Source of the DNA: Sphingobacteriaceae bacterium
GTDB taxonomy: Bacteria; Bacteroidota; Bacteroidia; Sphingobacteriales; Sphingobacteriaceae
Assembly: GCA_044239195.1 (NCBI GenBank)
Contig: JBIIBV010000002.1
Location: 274-64,273 of the forward strand
Length of the DNA: 64,000 nucleotides
Direction: 5' to 3'
Below are positions 1 through 8,602 of the stretch, in pieces; positions within the stretch are counted from its first letter, which is position 1; each line of letters begins with the position of its first letter. Below the pieces are notes generated by a model, which was not told the origin of the DNA, did not search any database, and saw only the letters and a list, made by a program, of their open reading frames with translations. Position numbers and translations under genes: made by a program.

Positions 1-510
1 AGCAAACTAGCTGGAGAACGCTGGTGCGAATATTATTTTACCAAATACGGTTTAGACGTTCGAAGTATTCGTTATCCGGGATTAATTGGTTGGAAAGCAG
101 CTCCAGGCGGTGGCACTACCGATTATGCAGTACATATTTTTCACGAAGCTTTAAAAAATGGGCATTACGAATGCTTTTTGGCTGCAACCACGGCACTCCC
201 TATGCTATATATGGAGGATGCCATTCGGGCCACCATTCAATTGATGGATGCTCCAGCAGAAAAATTACGTATTCGTTCGAGTTATAATTTAGGAGGAATT
301 AGTTTTACGCCCGAACAATTGGCTGCAGAAATACGCAAACAAGTTCCTAATTTTACACTCTCGTACACCGAGAACGATCCACGGCAAGCTATTGCAAATA
401 GTTGGCCAAAATCAATAAACGATAGCTTTGCTAAAGAAGATTGGGGGTGGGAACTCTCCTTCGATTTGGCAGCCATCAGCAAAGACATGATTAAAAATTT
501 AAGTAACTAA
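1..510 (+). CDS. tdh: L-threonine 3-dehydrogenase-like extended-SDR (NAD-dependent epimerase/dehydratase family), C-terminal part; 5' end lies outside the window
   Basis: Frame 1 is open from nt 1 (SKLAGERWCEYYFTKYGLDVRSIRYPGLIGWKAAPGGGTTDYAVHIFHEAL...LPMLYMEDAIRATIQLMDAP...). These blocks are typical of the short-chain, UDP-glucose-4-epimerase-like TDH family. The TTG at 178 in the ORF track is internal. Confidence 0.7.
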   Translation, partial: SKLAGERWCEYYFTKYGLDVRSIRYPGLIGWKAAPGGGTTDYAVHIFHEALKNGHYECFLAATTALPMLYMEDAIRATIQLMDAPAEKLRIRSSYNLGGISFTPEQLAAEIRKQVPNFTLSYTENDPRQAIANSWPKSINDSFAKEDWGWELSFDLAAISKDMIKNLSN

Positions 511-516
511 TATTCC

Positions 517-1239
517 ATGGGAAGAGCATTCGAATTTAGAAAAGAACGAAAATTTAAACGTTGGGCAAAAATGGCCGTTCAATTTACCCGTTTGGGTAAA
601 GAGATTGTAATGGCGGTGAAAGCCGGCGGAGCCAACCCCGATGCCAACTCACGTTTGCGCACAGCCATGCAAAATGCCAAAGCGGTAAACATGCCTAAAG
701 ACCGTGTGGAAGCAGCTATTAAACGTGCAAGTAATAAAGACGAAAGTAATTACGAGGAGTTAGTTTACGAAGGATATGCTGCACACGGGGTAGCTATTTT
801 AGTAGAAACTGCTACCGATAATACCAACCGAACCGTAGCCAACGTGCGCAGTTATTTTAATAAATGCGATGGAACTTTGGGTAAAACAGGCTCTCTAGAT
901 TTCATTTTCACCCGTCAATCGGTGTTTCGTTTTGAGCCTGGGGAATTGGATTTAGAAGAACTAGAATTTGATTTAATTGATGCCGGCCTAGAAGAGATTT
1001 ACGTAGAAGAAGGCGAAGAAGGAAAAGATGTAGCCGTAATTCATACCGCATTTGAAGATTTTGGCAAAATGCAAAAAGCCTTAGAGCAAAAAGGCATTGA
1101 AGTAATTAGTGCTAAATTAGAACGGGTAGCTCAATCTACCACTGAGGTAAATGAAGAACAAGCCGCCGATGTACTGAAACTAATTGACAAATTAGAGGAA
1201 GACGACGACGTACAGGCTGTGTACCACAACATGGGCTAA
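517..1239 (+). CDS. yebC: YebC/PmpR family transcriptional regulator
   Basis: 240-aa ORF. The blocks MGRAFEFRKERKFKRWAKMA, FTRLGKEI, NMPKDRVEAAIKRA and the C-terminal DVQAVYHN are characteristic of YebC/TACO1. Confidence 0.9.
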   Translation: MGRAFEFRKERKFKRWAKMAVQFTRLGKEIVMAVKAGGANPDANSRLRTAMQNAKAVNMPKDRVEAAIKRASNKDESNYEELVYEGYAAHGVAILVETATDNTNRTVANVRSYFNKCDGTLGKTGSLDFIFTRQSVFRFEPGELDLEELEFDLIDAGLEEIYVEEGEEGKDVAVIHTAFEDFGKMQKALEQKGIEVISAKLERVAQSTTEVNEEQAADVLKLIDKLEEDDDVQAVYHNMG

Positions 1240-1242
1240 GCC

Positions 1243-2187
1243 CTATTTAAGATTCTTTATAAAATCTGTTAAAGCTTTTAAAAAGCCGCGGGCTAGTAGG
1301 CCATCGGCATTGGTATAATTTGCCAACGGTTTTTGCGGGTCTACAACCTCTTTAAGCACGTGATCCATTTTAGGAATTATAAGCAATTTGGCTTGCTTTA
1401 CTGCTCCGGCCAGGGCCTCTGCATCTTTTACTTGTATCTGGCTATCTGCATCGCCTTGTAAAATAAGTACCGGTTTTTGAAGCATTGAAGCTTGCGCTAA
1501 GGGAGCATAGTTGAGCAAAGAGATTAAATAAGGCTGCACCGAGGGTCTGTAAAGCGTATTGAAATAGCTAGGTACATCAGAAACCAATTTTCCTGCTTTT
1601 AATGAATCCATTATGGCTTGCGATTCTTGCTGTATAGCCAAAGGGGCATTTTTAGAAATTTGCTCGGCAATTACCTCATCAAAACTACGGCCCATACCCG
1701 AAACCAATACTACCCCAGTAACTCGATCATTTTGGCCGGCAATACTTGCCAACAAAGCTCCTTCGCTGTGGCCAATAAGCACTATTCTTTTATATTTTAC
1801 TGAATCAATCAGGTAATAAATCCAACTTTTAACATCGTTAATATAATCTTCGAAGCGAAGGTCGGCTTCTTTCATACCGGAGCTACTACTTTTTCTCACG
1901 CCTCTCTTATCATATCGTAAGCTGGCAATACCTTGCTTGGCTAAGCCTTCGGCTACTAATTTATAGGAGTTTGCGTTTACGCCTAAGGGATTGTTGCCGT
2001 CTCTATCTGTAGGCCCAGAACCAGCAATAATAAGGGCTACGGTTTGGTTACGGCCGGCTGGTAAAAGTGTACCCGATATAGACCCTTTAGAGGTAGCTAG
2101 GTTTATTTCTGTAGATTTTTTTTGGGCAAAAACGGTGCCTGTAGATATCAGGCACAAACTGAGTAGCAAAAAAGCTAATCTTTTCAT
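1243..2187 (-). CDS. secreted alpha/beta hydrolase
   Basis: Signal peptide MKRLAFLLLSLCLISTGTVFAQ, GHSEG nucleophile elbow (GxSxG), C-terminal DH motif. I prefer the ATG at 2187, 1 nt after the ispH stop; the alternative ATG at 2202 would overlap ispH by 14 nt. Confidence 0.75.
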   Translation of the reverse strand: MKRLAFLLLSLCLISTGTVFAQKKSTEINLATSKGSISGTLLPAGRNQTVALIIAGSGPTDRDGNNPLGVNANSYKLVAEGLAKQGIASLRYDKRGVRKSSSSGMKEADLRFEDYINDVKSWIYYLIDSVKYKRIVLIGHSEGALLASIAGQNDRVTGVVLVSGMGRSFDEVIAEQISKNAPLAIQQESQAIMDSLKAGKLVSDVPSYFNTLYRPSVQPYLISLLNYAPLAQASMLQKPVLILQGDADSQIQVKDAEALAGAVKQAKLLIIPKMDHVLKEVVDPQKPLANYTNADGLLARGFLKALTDFIKNLK

Positions 2188-2188
2188 A

Positions 2189-3037
2189 CTATAATTGTAC
2201 AAGAGCGGCCTTTATTTCTTCCATTAACCACATAGGGGTAGAGGTAGCACCGCATATTCCTACTTTTTCGCCAGGTGCAAACATGGAAGAATTTAATTCG
2301 CCAACGTTGGAAACGAAATAGGTATTGCTGTTGTACTTTCTACATACTTCGTACAATACTTTGCCGTTAGATGACTTTTTACCCGATACAAAAACTACCT
2401 TATCGAAATTCTTTACAAACTCAGGCAATTCTTTATCTCGGTTAGATACTTGTCTGCAAATGGTATCATGGGCTTTTATTTCATAGCCTCTGTTGATGAG
2501 TTCCTCTTTAATTTGGTAAAATTTCTCCGTACTCTTTGTGGTTTGGCTGTACAGTGTAAATGCATTTGGCAAGTCCGCCTGATCTAGTTCTGCTAAATCT
2601 TGAAATACTAGGGCATTGTTATTGGTTTGTCCTTGTAGGCCAATCACCTCGGCATGGCCGTGTTTTCCAAAAATGAGAATTTGCTCTTTATCGTCGAAGG
2701 AATTTTTAATGCGGTTCTGTAGTTTCAATACTACCGGACAAGAAGCATCAATTAGCGTTATATTTTTTTCTAAAGCTATTTTATACGTTTCGGGTGCTTC
2801 GCCATGTGCCCGAATAAGGACTTTTTCGTTTTCTAAACTGGGTAAAGCATCATGAGAAATTATGCGCAAACCTTTTGCTTTTAAGCGTTCTACTTCTTCA
2901 TCATTGTGCACAATATCGCCCAAACAATACAAGTAGCCTTGCTCGGCTAAAATTTCTTCGGCCATATCAATGGCATATACCACGCCAAAGCAAAAGCCCG
3001 AATCACCATCGATAGTCACTTGTAGATTATAACTCAT
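2189..3037 (-). CDS. ispH: 4-hydroxy-3-methylbut-2-enyl diphosphate reductase
   Basis: 282-aa ORF. N-terminal GFCFGV, internal HN..V and CP.V blocks plus ATSTP near the C-terminus match the IspH/LytB cysteine-ligand pattern. Confidence 0.9.
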   Translation of the reverse strand: MSYNLQVTIDGDSGFCFGVVYAIDMAEEILAEQGYLYCLGDIVHNDEEVERLKAKGLRIISHDALPSLENEKVLIRAHGEAPETYKIALEKNITLIDASCPVVLKLQNRIKNSFDDKEQILIFGKHGHAEVIGLQGQTNNNALVFQDLAELDQADLPNAFTLYSQTTKSTEKFYQIKEELINRGYEIKAHDTICRQVSNRDKELPEFVKNFDKVVFVSGKKSSNGKVLYEVCRKYNSNTYFVSNVGELNSSMFAPGEKVGICGATSTPMWLMEEIKAALVQL

Positions 3038-3057
3038 AACAATTCAAAAGTACAAAT

Positions 3058-3687
3058 TTAGTAGGGTTTAAGCCAATAATTTAGGGCGATAAAAAAAAGA
3101 AATTGCGCTAGCAAAAGTACCACGGCTACCGGATTTTTTTCTTTCTGTTTTTGATTAAAAAAGAGCCAAAAACAGCCGAATGAGAATATAAACCAAGCAA
3201 CATAATTTTGTAAAGGAATAGTTGCAGAGGCCCAATGCCAATAATCGAAGTGAATAGCTACGGGTTCTATGAATACATCGAGTAGGACCAATAAAGCTGC
3301 AGCCAGCACCGCCTTTATAACAGCAGATTTCATGGGTACATATTGAATAGCACTTCCGGCAGCGAAAATTAATAAGACCCAATTTACGCCAATAAGCAAG
3401 GGAATGCTGGCAAGTTTAAAACCCAAGGCATCGCCATACTGATAGCTGCCAAATATGAGTCCGGTATGCACCCCTAAGTATTCTATTCCGAAGCCTAAAC
3501 AATAAATGAGTAGGGCAAAGCGGCTATTAAAAGAATCATAACTCCAGGCCAGTAAAACTAGCATGAGTAGTAGATGAAAAGGAATAAGGTTCGTGAATAG
3601 TTCTTTATAGCCGAAAAAAAAACCTAAAAAACCTACCAAATGAAATAGAATTACAAAAAAACTTAAGATAAATTCTTTCTTTTTCAT
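3058..3687 (-). CDS. polytopic membrane 'carotenoid biosynthesis protein' (DUF422/Caroten_synth type, CruF-like 1',2'-hydratase candidate)
   Basis: About 7 predicted TM helices and His/Trp-rich loops (DYWHW). Sits in the carotenoid gene context. The ATG at 3687 forms an ATGA overlap with the upstream GT2 stop; an alternative ATG is at 3708. Confidence 0.55.
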   Translation of the reverse strand: MKKKEFILSFFVILFHLVGFLGFFFGYKELFTNLIPFHLLLMLVLLAWSYDSFNSRFALLIYCLGFGIEYLGVHTGLIFGSYQYGDALGFKLASIPLLIGVNWVLLIFAAGSAIQYVPMKSAVIKAVLAAALLVLLDVFIEPVAIHFDYWHWASATIPLQNYVAWFIFSFGCFWLFFNQKQKEKNPVAVVLLLAQFLFFIALNYWLKPY

Positions 3688-4772
3688 GCCACTTTTCGCC
3701 CTTTCCATGTACTGCTACGTGTTAGTTTTTTTTGTACAGCAACAACAACAAGCACTACAAAACTAAGCAACTGTAGTGGATGTAATATAATGCTTTTCCA
3801 TAATGATTGACGGGAAAGCAGCGCAATCATCACTCTGCTTAGTAAAATTAAACTTAAGGCAAACAAGCATAAACGGATATCAACAAAGAAAATTAAAAGC
3901 AAGGGAGCCACCACTAGCAAAAATAAATACACACTCATCACAAAAATGCTATTGCCAAAGCCAACCAATACGTTTTTACTAAAACCCTCCAAAGCCTCCG
4001 AAAGTCCGCTGTACATTCTGCTTGAAATAAATCCACGGTCTAGCAGAACCTCTCCATCGCCGCCCCAAAGTTTTACAGCCCTCATAATTTCAATATCTTC
4101 CACCACATTCGCTTTCACCTGTTCGTGCCAGTTATTTTGGCGGTAGCTTGCTGCATCAAAGGCCATGCATTGGCCATTGGCCGCTGAAAAAAGTGGATTC
4201 TTAGAAAGTTGCACCAAACGAAGCGGCAACAAATTGAGCAATACAAAATTAATGAGTGGCACAAGGAGTTCTTCTCCAAAAGTGCGCATCTCTTGCGTAG
4301 GAAAAATACTCAATAAATCGAGGCGACGAGTTTTCATGCGATGAATCAGGGCAGCAATAAACCCGGGGTTCACCCAGGTATCGGCATCTAAAAATACCAA
4401 ATAGGTTCCCTTGGCTTCTTTAGCCAATTGATGACAGGCATAATTTTTACCCAGCCAACCTTCGGCTAAGGGTTGTCCCGTAAGCAATTTAAATCGGTTA
4501 TCTTTTGCCGCAAAAGTTGTGCAAATAGCGGCTGTAGCGTCGGTAGAACCATCGTCTAAAACTAAAATTTCTAGGTTAGGGTAATCTTCTTGCGCTAGCG
4601 ATGTGAGCAGCTTAGCCATGTTTCGCTCTTCATTTCGGGCCGGGATAAGTACAGAAACCAATTCCTGGTGATGTTGCGTACTTTTAAACAAAAATGGACG
4701 AGAAATAAAATTAAAGAGGGTTACAGAAAAGCGAATGACTAAAAAAAAGAAAACCACATATACGACTATCAT
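3684..4772 (-). CDS. family 2 glycosyltransferase (carotenoid glycosyltransferase candidate, CruC/CruG-like role)
   Basis: N-terminal TM helix, VLIPARNEE, LDDGSTD and FLDADT (DxD) GT2 motifs, C-terminal TM helices. Lies between the acyltransferase and the CruF-like gene. Confidence 0.7.
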   Translation of the reverse strand: MIVVYVVFFFLVIRFSVTLFNFISRPFLFKSTQHHQELVSVLIPARNEERNMAKLLTSLAQEDYPNLEILVLDDGSTDATAAICTTFAAKDNRFKLLTGQPLAEGWLGKNYACHQLAKEAKGTYLVFLDADTWVNPGFIAALIHRMKTRRLDLLSIFPTQEMRTFGEELLVPLINFVLLNLLPLRLVQLSKNPLFSAANGQCMAFDAASYRQNNWHEQVKANVVEDIEIMRAVKLWGGDGEVLLDRGFISSRMYSGLSEALEGFSKNVLVGFGNSIFVMSVYLFLLVVAPLLLIFFVDIRLCLFALSLILLSRVMIALLSRQSLWKSIILHPLQLLSFVVLVVVAVQKKLTRSSTWKGRKVA

Positions 4773-4774
4773 AC

Positions 4775-5398
4775 TTAAACAATCTCTTGGTTTTGACTGC
4801 GTTTTGCTTGGCTATAATGCTTATTGTATTCGCTTTTAATAAGCTGCAAACTGGTAAACTCAGCACCCTCCCAGGTTTGCAAATAAGCTTTGGCTGTAGG
4901 TTTTTTAAACTGAAAATAATCTACCAAAAGAGCTACAAATAGGTATTGAAATTTACGGTCGGAGGAATTAATAATATTCATCAAGCCTTTCTCAAATAAC
5001 ACCTCATCGCAGTGGCTAGAGAACAATTTACCTTGCGGAAAAATGACTACCAAATTGGCCGGGTCGTTTAATAATTTACCGGCATATTCTAAAGTTTCAA
5101 TCATGCTTCGCGATTGCTTTTTGACCGAAAAGGCGCCCAAATATTTTAAAAATCCGTGTGCATGGTAATTCTCTTCGGTCACCAAAATATGGAATTTCTT
5201 ATGCAGAAATAAACGGTTCAGCTGAAATAGGAAGAAGCCATCCCACCACGAAAAATGATTGGCCAGCAATAAAACGGCACGTTTTGGGTCAATATCGATG
5301 GAATTATAGTCGAAATGCTTGAAATTGCGGCTAATAATCCGGTTAATATACCAGGAAAAGAAGGCGTAAATAAAAGCATTTTGACGTGGTGGATACAT
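4775..5398 (-). CDS. lysophospholipid/1-acyl-glycerol-3-phosphate acyltransferase family protein (carotenoid glycoside acyltransferase candidate, CruD-like role)
   Basis: HX4D acyltransferase motif (NHFSWWD) and FPQG block. The stop is 2 nt upstream of the GT2 start. Confidence 0.65.
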   Translation of the reverse strand: MYPPRQNAFIYAFFSWYINRIISRNFKHFDYNSIDIDPKRAVLLLANHFSWWDGFFLFQLNRLFLHKKFHILVTEENYHAHGFLKYLGAFSVKKQSRSMIETLEYAGKLLNDPANLVVIFPQGKLFSSHCDEVLFEKGLMNIINSSDRKFQYLFVALLVDYFQFKKPTAKAYLQTWEGAEFTSLQLIKSEYNKHYSQAKRSQNQEIV

Positions 5399-5435
5399 GG
5401 TTTAAATATAGGAAATTTTACAAAGCGTTTCGCTT

Positions 5436-6896
5436 TCAGGCAGATAAGTCATCTACAATTTTTGCCGAGAGTAAAGCCAACGGAATGCCACCACCTGGAT
5501 GCACGCTGCCACCAACAAAGTACAACCCCTTAATTTTAGACGAGAAGTTGGCATGGCGCAAAAAAGCTGCAAACTGATTATTAGAACTGGTTCCGTACAA
5601 AGACCCTTGGTACGAAGCGGTTTTTTGTTCAATACTTCGGGGGTCTAATAGTTCTTCGGAAACTATGAGCGAAGCGATATCTCGATTCAACATGCGGGAT
5701 AATTTATCGATGATGTTTTTTCGTGCTGCTGCGATAAGTTGATCCCAATTCTGGCCGGTATTGGCTGGTACATTTATCATTACAAACCAGTTTTCAGCAC
5801 CTTTTGGCGCATCATCGGTTTGATATTTAGCACTTATGTTAACGTAAATGGTAGGGTCAACATCAATAGCTTGTTGCTCCCAAATAGCCGCAAACTCTTT
5901 TTTATAATCTTCGCTGAAAAAAATATTGTGCAAATCCAATTCCGGGAACTCAGCCTTCATGCCCCAATAAAAAATGAGCGCCGAGCTGCTTCTCTCCTGA
6001 TTTAAAATACGTTTTGGAGCGATTTCATTTTTTAACAATTGACGATAAGTAAACCAAATGTCCATATTAGAAATCACCCGATCGGCCGGTAGATTTTCTC
6101 CGTTTAAACGGATGCCTTTAACTTTTTTATCCTCCACCAAAATTTCATCTACACGGGCATGGTAATTAAATTTTACACCTAAATTTTCGGCCAGTTTAAC
6201 CAGACTTTGGGTAATGGCTACCATGCCCCCTTTCGGAAAATAAGCGCCAAAATGTTGCTCTAAATGAGGAATTACATTTAACGTTGCAGGCGCTTTATAG
6301 GGGTTAGATCCGTTATACGTAGCATAGCGGTTAAAAAATCGGATGGTTTTATCGTCCTTAAAAAAATCGATATTAGCGGTATTCATACTCCGAAAAGGGT
6401 CGATTTTTTGAAATCGGAATAGCGCTTTTAAGGTTTCCCAGTTCAGAAAAGATCGAAGCCCGTGCAGGCTCTTTTCCAGAAAAATGGAATGGGTAATAGC
6501 ATAAATCTGAGCACTATAATCCAGAAATTGATGAACTGAAGAAGCCGGATCTTTGGTTTTTGAAGCTATTTCTTCCGCCAATTTATCTCGGTTGGCCCAA
6601 GCATTAATACGGGTACCATCTTCATAAAAATAACGGCAAACCGTTTCTAATTTTTCGTAAGTAAACTCATCTTTTGGATTTTTACCGGCCAAACTAAACA
6701 GCTCATCTACATACTGAGGCATGGTAAACAAACTCGGGCCGGCATCAAACCTAAAATCGCCAGATCTAAACGCTGATAATTTACCGCCGGGATAGGCATT
6801 GGCTTCGTAAACAGCTACTTCATGCCCTTTTACGGCTTGCCGAATGGCTGATGCAATGCCGGCAATTCCGGCGCCAATTACAATTACTTTAGCCAC
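5436..6896 (-). CDS. crtD: CrtI-family FAD-dependent carotenoid desaturase, CrtD-like (1-hydroxycarotenoid 3,4-desaturase candidate)
   Basis: 486 aa. N-terminal dinucleotide fold VIGAGIAGIASA...YEANAYPGGK, then FDAGPS, and C-terminal GGSVHPGGGIP. Uses a GTG start that shares one nucleotide with the upstream ferredoxin stop. Confidence 0.7.
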   Translation of the reverse strand: MAKVIVIGAGIAGIASAIRQAVKGHEVAVYEANAYPGGKLSAFRSGDFRFDAGPSLFTMPQYVDELFSLAGKNPKDEFTYEKLETVCRYFYEDGTRINAWANRDKLAEEIASKTKDPASSVHQFLDYSAQIYAITHSIFLEKSLHGLRSFLNWETLKALFRFQKIDPFRSMNTANIDFFKDDKTIRFFNRYATYNGSNPYKAPATLNVIPHLEQHFGAYFPKGGMVAITQSLVKLAENLGVKFNYHARVDEILVEDKKVKGIRLNGENLPADRVISNMDIWFTYRQLLKNEIAPKRILNQERSSSALIFYWGMKAEFPELDLHNIFFSEDYKKEFAAIWEQQAIDVDPTIYVNISAKYQTDDAPKGAENWFVMINVPANTGQNWDQLIAAARKNIIDKLSRMLNRDIASLIVSEELLDPRSIEQKTASYQGSLYGTSSNNQFAAFLRHANFSSKIKGLYFVGGSVHPGGGIPLALLSAKIVDDLSA

Positions 6897-7240
6897 TAAG
6901 CGTCTTGGTTAGAATCTATCACCAAACGTTCCACAATCCGATTATTTTCTATATGTTCTGAAACAATTTCTTCCACATCGCTCAACTGCACTTTGCCGTA
7001 AAAAACACCTTCGGGATAAACCACCAAAATGGGTCCACGTTCGCAAAGATCAAAACAGCCGGTTCGTTGCGCTCTTATTTCGGCATTTAGCCCTTTATCC
7101 TTAATAGCTTTCTTAAAAGCAGCAACTAAAGCCAAGCCATTAGATTCGCCACAGCATATACGAGCATCGGCAGCCCGTTGATTGGTGCATATAAAAAGGT
7201 GTTTTTGATAAATCATATGGGGTTTTATGGCTTTTTGCAT
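6896..7240 (-). CDS. thioredoxin-like [2Fe-2S] ferredoxin domain protein
   Basis: 114 aa. Cys pattern FICTNQR...ICCGES...GCFDLCERGP plus VVYPEGVFYG, typical of the TRX-like Fd family. Confidence 0.8.
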   Translation of the reverse strand: MQKAIKPHMIYQKHLFICTNQRAADARICCGESNGLALVAAFKKAIKDKGLNAEIRAQRTGCFDLCERGPILVVYPEGVFYGKVQLSDVEEIVSEHIENNRIVERLVIDSNQDA

Positions 7241-7309
7241 TTATAAGTCTGATTAAAATATTTTCAGCGGATGTACTGCAACCCCAATAGTTAGTAAATT
7301 AAGGATTTG

Positions 7310-7405
7310 TTATTTACGTTTTGAGGCGCCCAAAACTGTAAAAGCATATCCTAAATATAAAGCTGAGACAATAGCTGTCAGAATAAAAATATCTAAATTT
7401 TCCAT
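7310..7405 (-). CDS. possible 31-aa single-TM peptide (unannotated mini-ORF)
   Basis: My own translation of the minus strand gives MENLDIFILTAIVSALYLGYAFTVLGASKRK*. Below the 60-aa track cutoff. Hydrophobic core with a basic tail. Same strand as the downstream ferredoxin/crtD operon. Confidence 0.25.
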   Translation of the reverse strand: MENLDIFILTAIVSALYLGYAFTVLGASKRK

Positions 7406-7406
7406 A

Positions 7407-7577
7407 TCATTTTTTTAAATTAAGGTAAATGAGCAGTCCTATCATTGTTGGTGGCCATAAACCAATAAATATAGCCCTCTCATAATCTTTCAATATTAAA
7501 TAGTGGTATTCAGAAATAAATATGGTAACAATGATTGCTGCTAAAATAAGATATTCTAATAAGGGTGTCTTTTTCAT
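7407..7577 (-). CDS. possible 56-aa two-TM peptide (unannotated mini-ORF)
   Basis: My own translation gives MKKTPLLEYLILAAIIVTIFISEYHYLILKDYERAIFIGLWPPTMIGLLIYLNLKK*. The stop is 1 nt before the ATG of the 31-aa ORF. Confidence 0.3.
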   Translation of the reverse strand: MKKTPLLEYLILAAIIVTIFISEYHYLILKDYERAIFIGLWPPTMIGLLIYLNLKK

Positions 7578-7645
7578 ATTTTAAATAATAGTTTTTCTAA
7601 ATATATAACTTCTATGTCTTTTAGGTGTTAAATTGTAAGCATTTT

Positions 7646-7657
7646 GCAATTAATTGC
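7646..7657. promoter_or_regulatory. perfect 12-bp palindrome GCAATTAATTGC in the divergent promoter region (candidate operator)
   Basis: Self-complementary by inspection. Lies between a TTTG (7643-7646) and an AATTTTTG -7-like box (7669-7676), 28 nt upstream of the ATG at 7685. Confidence 0.35.
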
Positions 7658-7684
7658 TTAAAAATAGCAATTTTTGGGGCTAAC

Positions 7685-8602
7685 ATGGCAAACAAAACAA
7701 TAGTAGTAAGTGGTGGTACTGGCCTAATTGGCCAACGATTATGCAAAACCTTGCTTGATAAGGGCTACGAGGTGCGTATTTTAAGTAGACAACCGAATCC
7801 AAGCATGGATAAACGCATGCGTTCCTTTGCCTGGGATGTTTCTAAAAACGTAGTAGATGAACGTTGCTTTGAAGGGGCAGATGCCATCATCCATTTGGCA
7901 GGTGAAGCTATAGTAGATAAAGCATGGACTCCCGCTAGAAAAAAAGCCATTATTGAAAGTCGAACCGCCTCTATTCGATTAATCTACACCGCCTTAAAAA
8001 AGAGCCATAACACATCCGTTAAAACTGTGATTTCTGCCGCTGCCATAGGTTTTTATAGCGATAGAGGAGATGAAATACTAAGCGAAAGCAGTCCGGCAGG
8101 TGAAGGATTTTTAGCCGAATCGTGCATTGCCTGGGAGCAAGCCATTGACGAAGGAAAAGCCTTAGGATTGCGCATCGTAAAATTTCGTACCGGCATAGTT
8201 CTCGATGTGGAGGGCGGTGCTTTACCTCCTATGGCATTGCCTGTAAAATTCGGTATTGGCTCAAACTTAGGCTCGGGTAAACAATGGATTTCTTGGATTC
8301 ACTGGGAAGACGTGGTAAATATGTACGTATTTGCAGTGGAACAAACCAATTTACAAGGCGCCTACAACATGGCCGCCCCAGAACCCATTACCAATAGCAC
8401 ATTTACGCAAGCCTTGGCTAAACAATTTAAAAGACCGCTCTGGTTGCCAGGAGTCCCATCAATGTTACTAAAAGCAGTATTAGGCGAACGCAGTGTGGCT
8501 ATTTTGGGAAGCACCCGAGTAGCTGTTTCTAAAATTCAAGATGCCGGATTTAAATTCAATTTCACAACAATTTCATCAGCCTTAAAAAATTTGTATGCCT
8601 AA
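7685..8602 (+). CDS. TIGR01777 (YfcH-like) epimerase-family protein with C-terminal DUF1731
   Basis: MANKTIVVSGGTGLIGQRL Rossmann start and HLAGE block; the C-terminal part resembles YfcH. The ORF-track start at 7625 is a non-ATG upstream extension. Confidence 0.8.
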   Translation: MANKTIVVSGGTGLIGQRLCKTLLDKGYEVRILSRQPNPSMDKRMRSFAWDVSKNVVDERCFEGADAIIHLAGEAIVDKAWTPARKKAIIESRTASIRLIYTALKKSHNTSVKTVISAAAIGFYSDRGDEILSESSPAGEGFLAESCIAWEQAIDEGKALGLRIVKFRTGIVLDVEGGALPPMALPVKFGIGSNLGSGKQWISWIHWEDVVNMYVFAVEQTNLQGAYNMAAPEPITNSTFTQALAKQFKRPLWLPGVPSMLLKAVLGERSVAILGSTRVAVSKIQDAGFKFNFTTISSALKNLYA

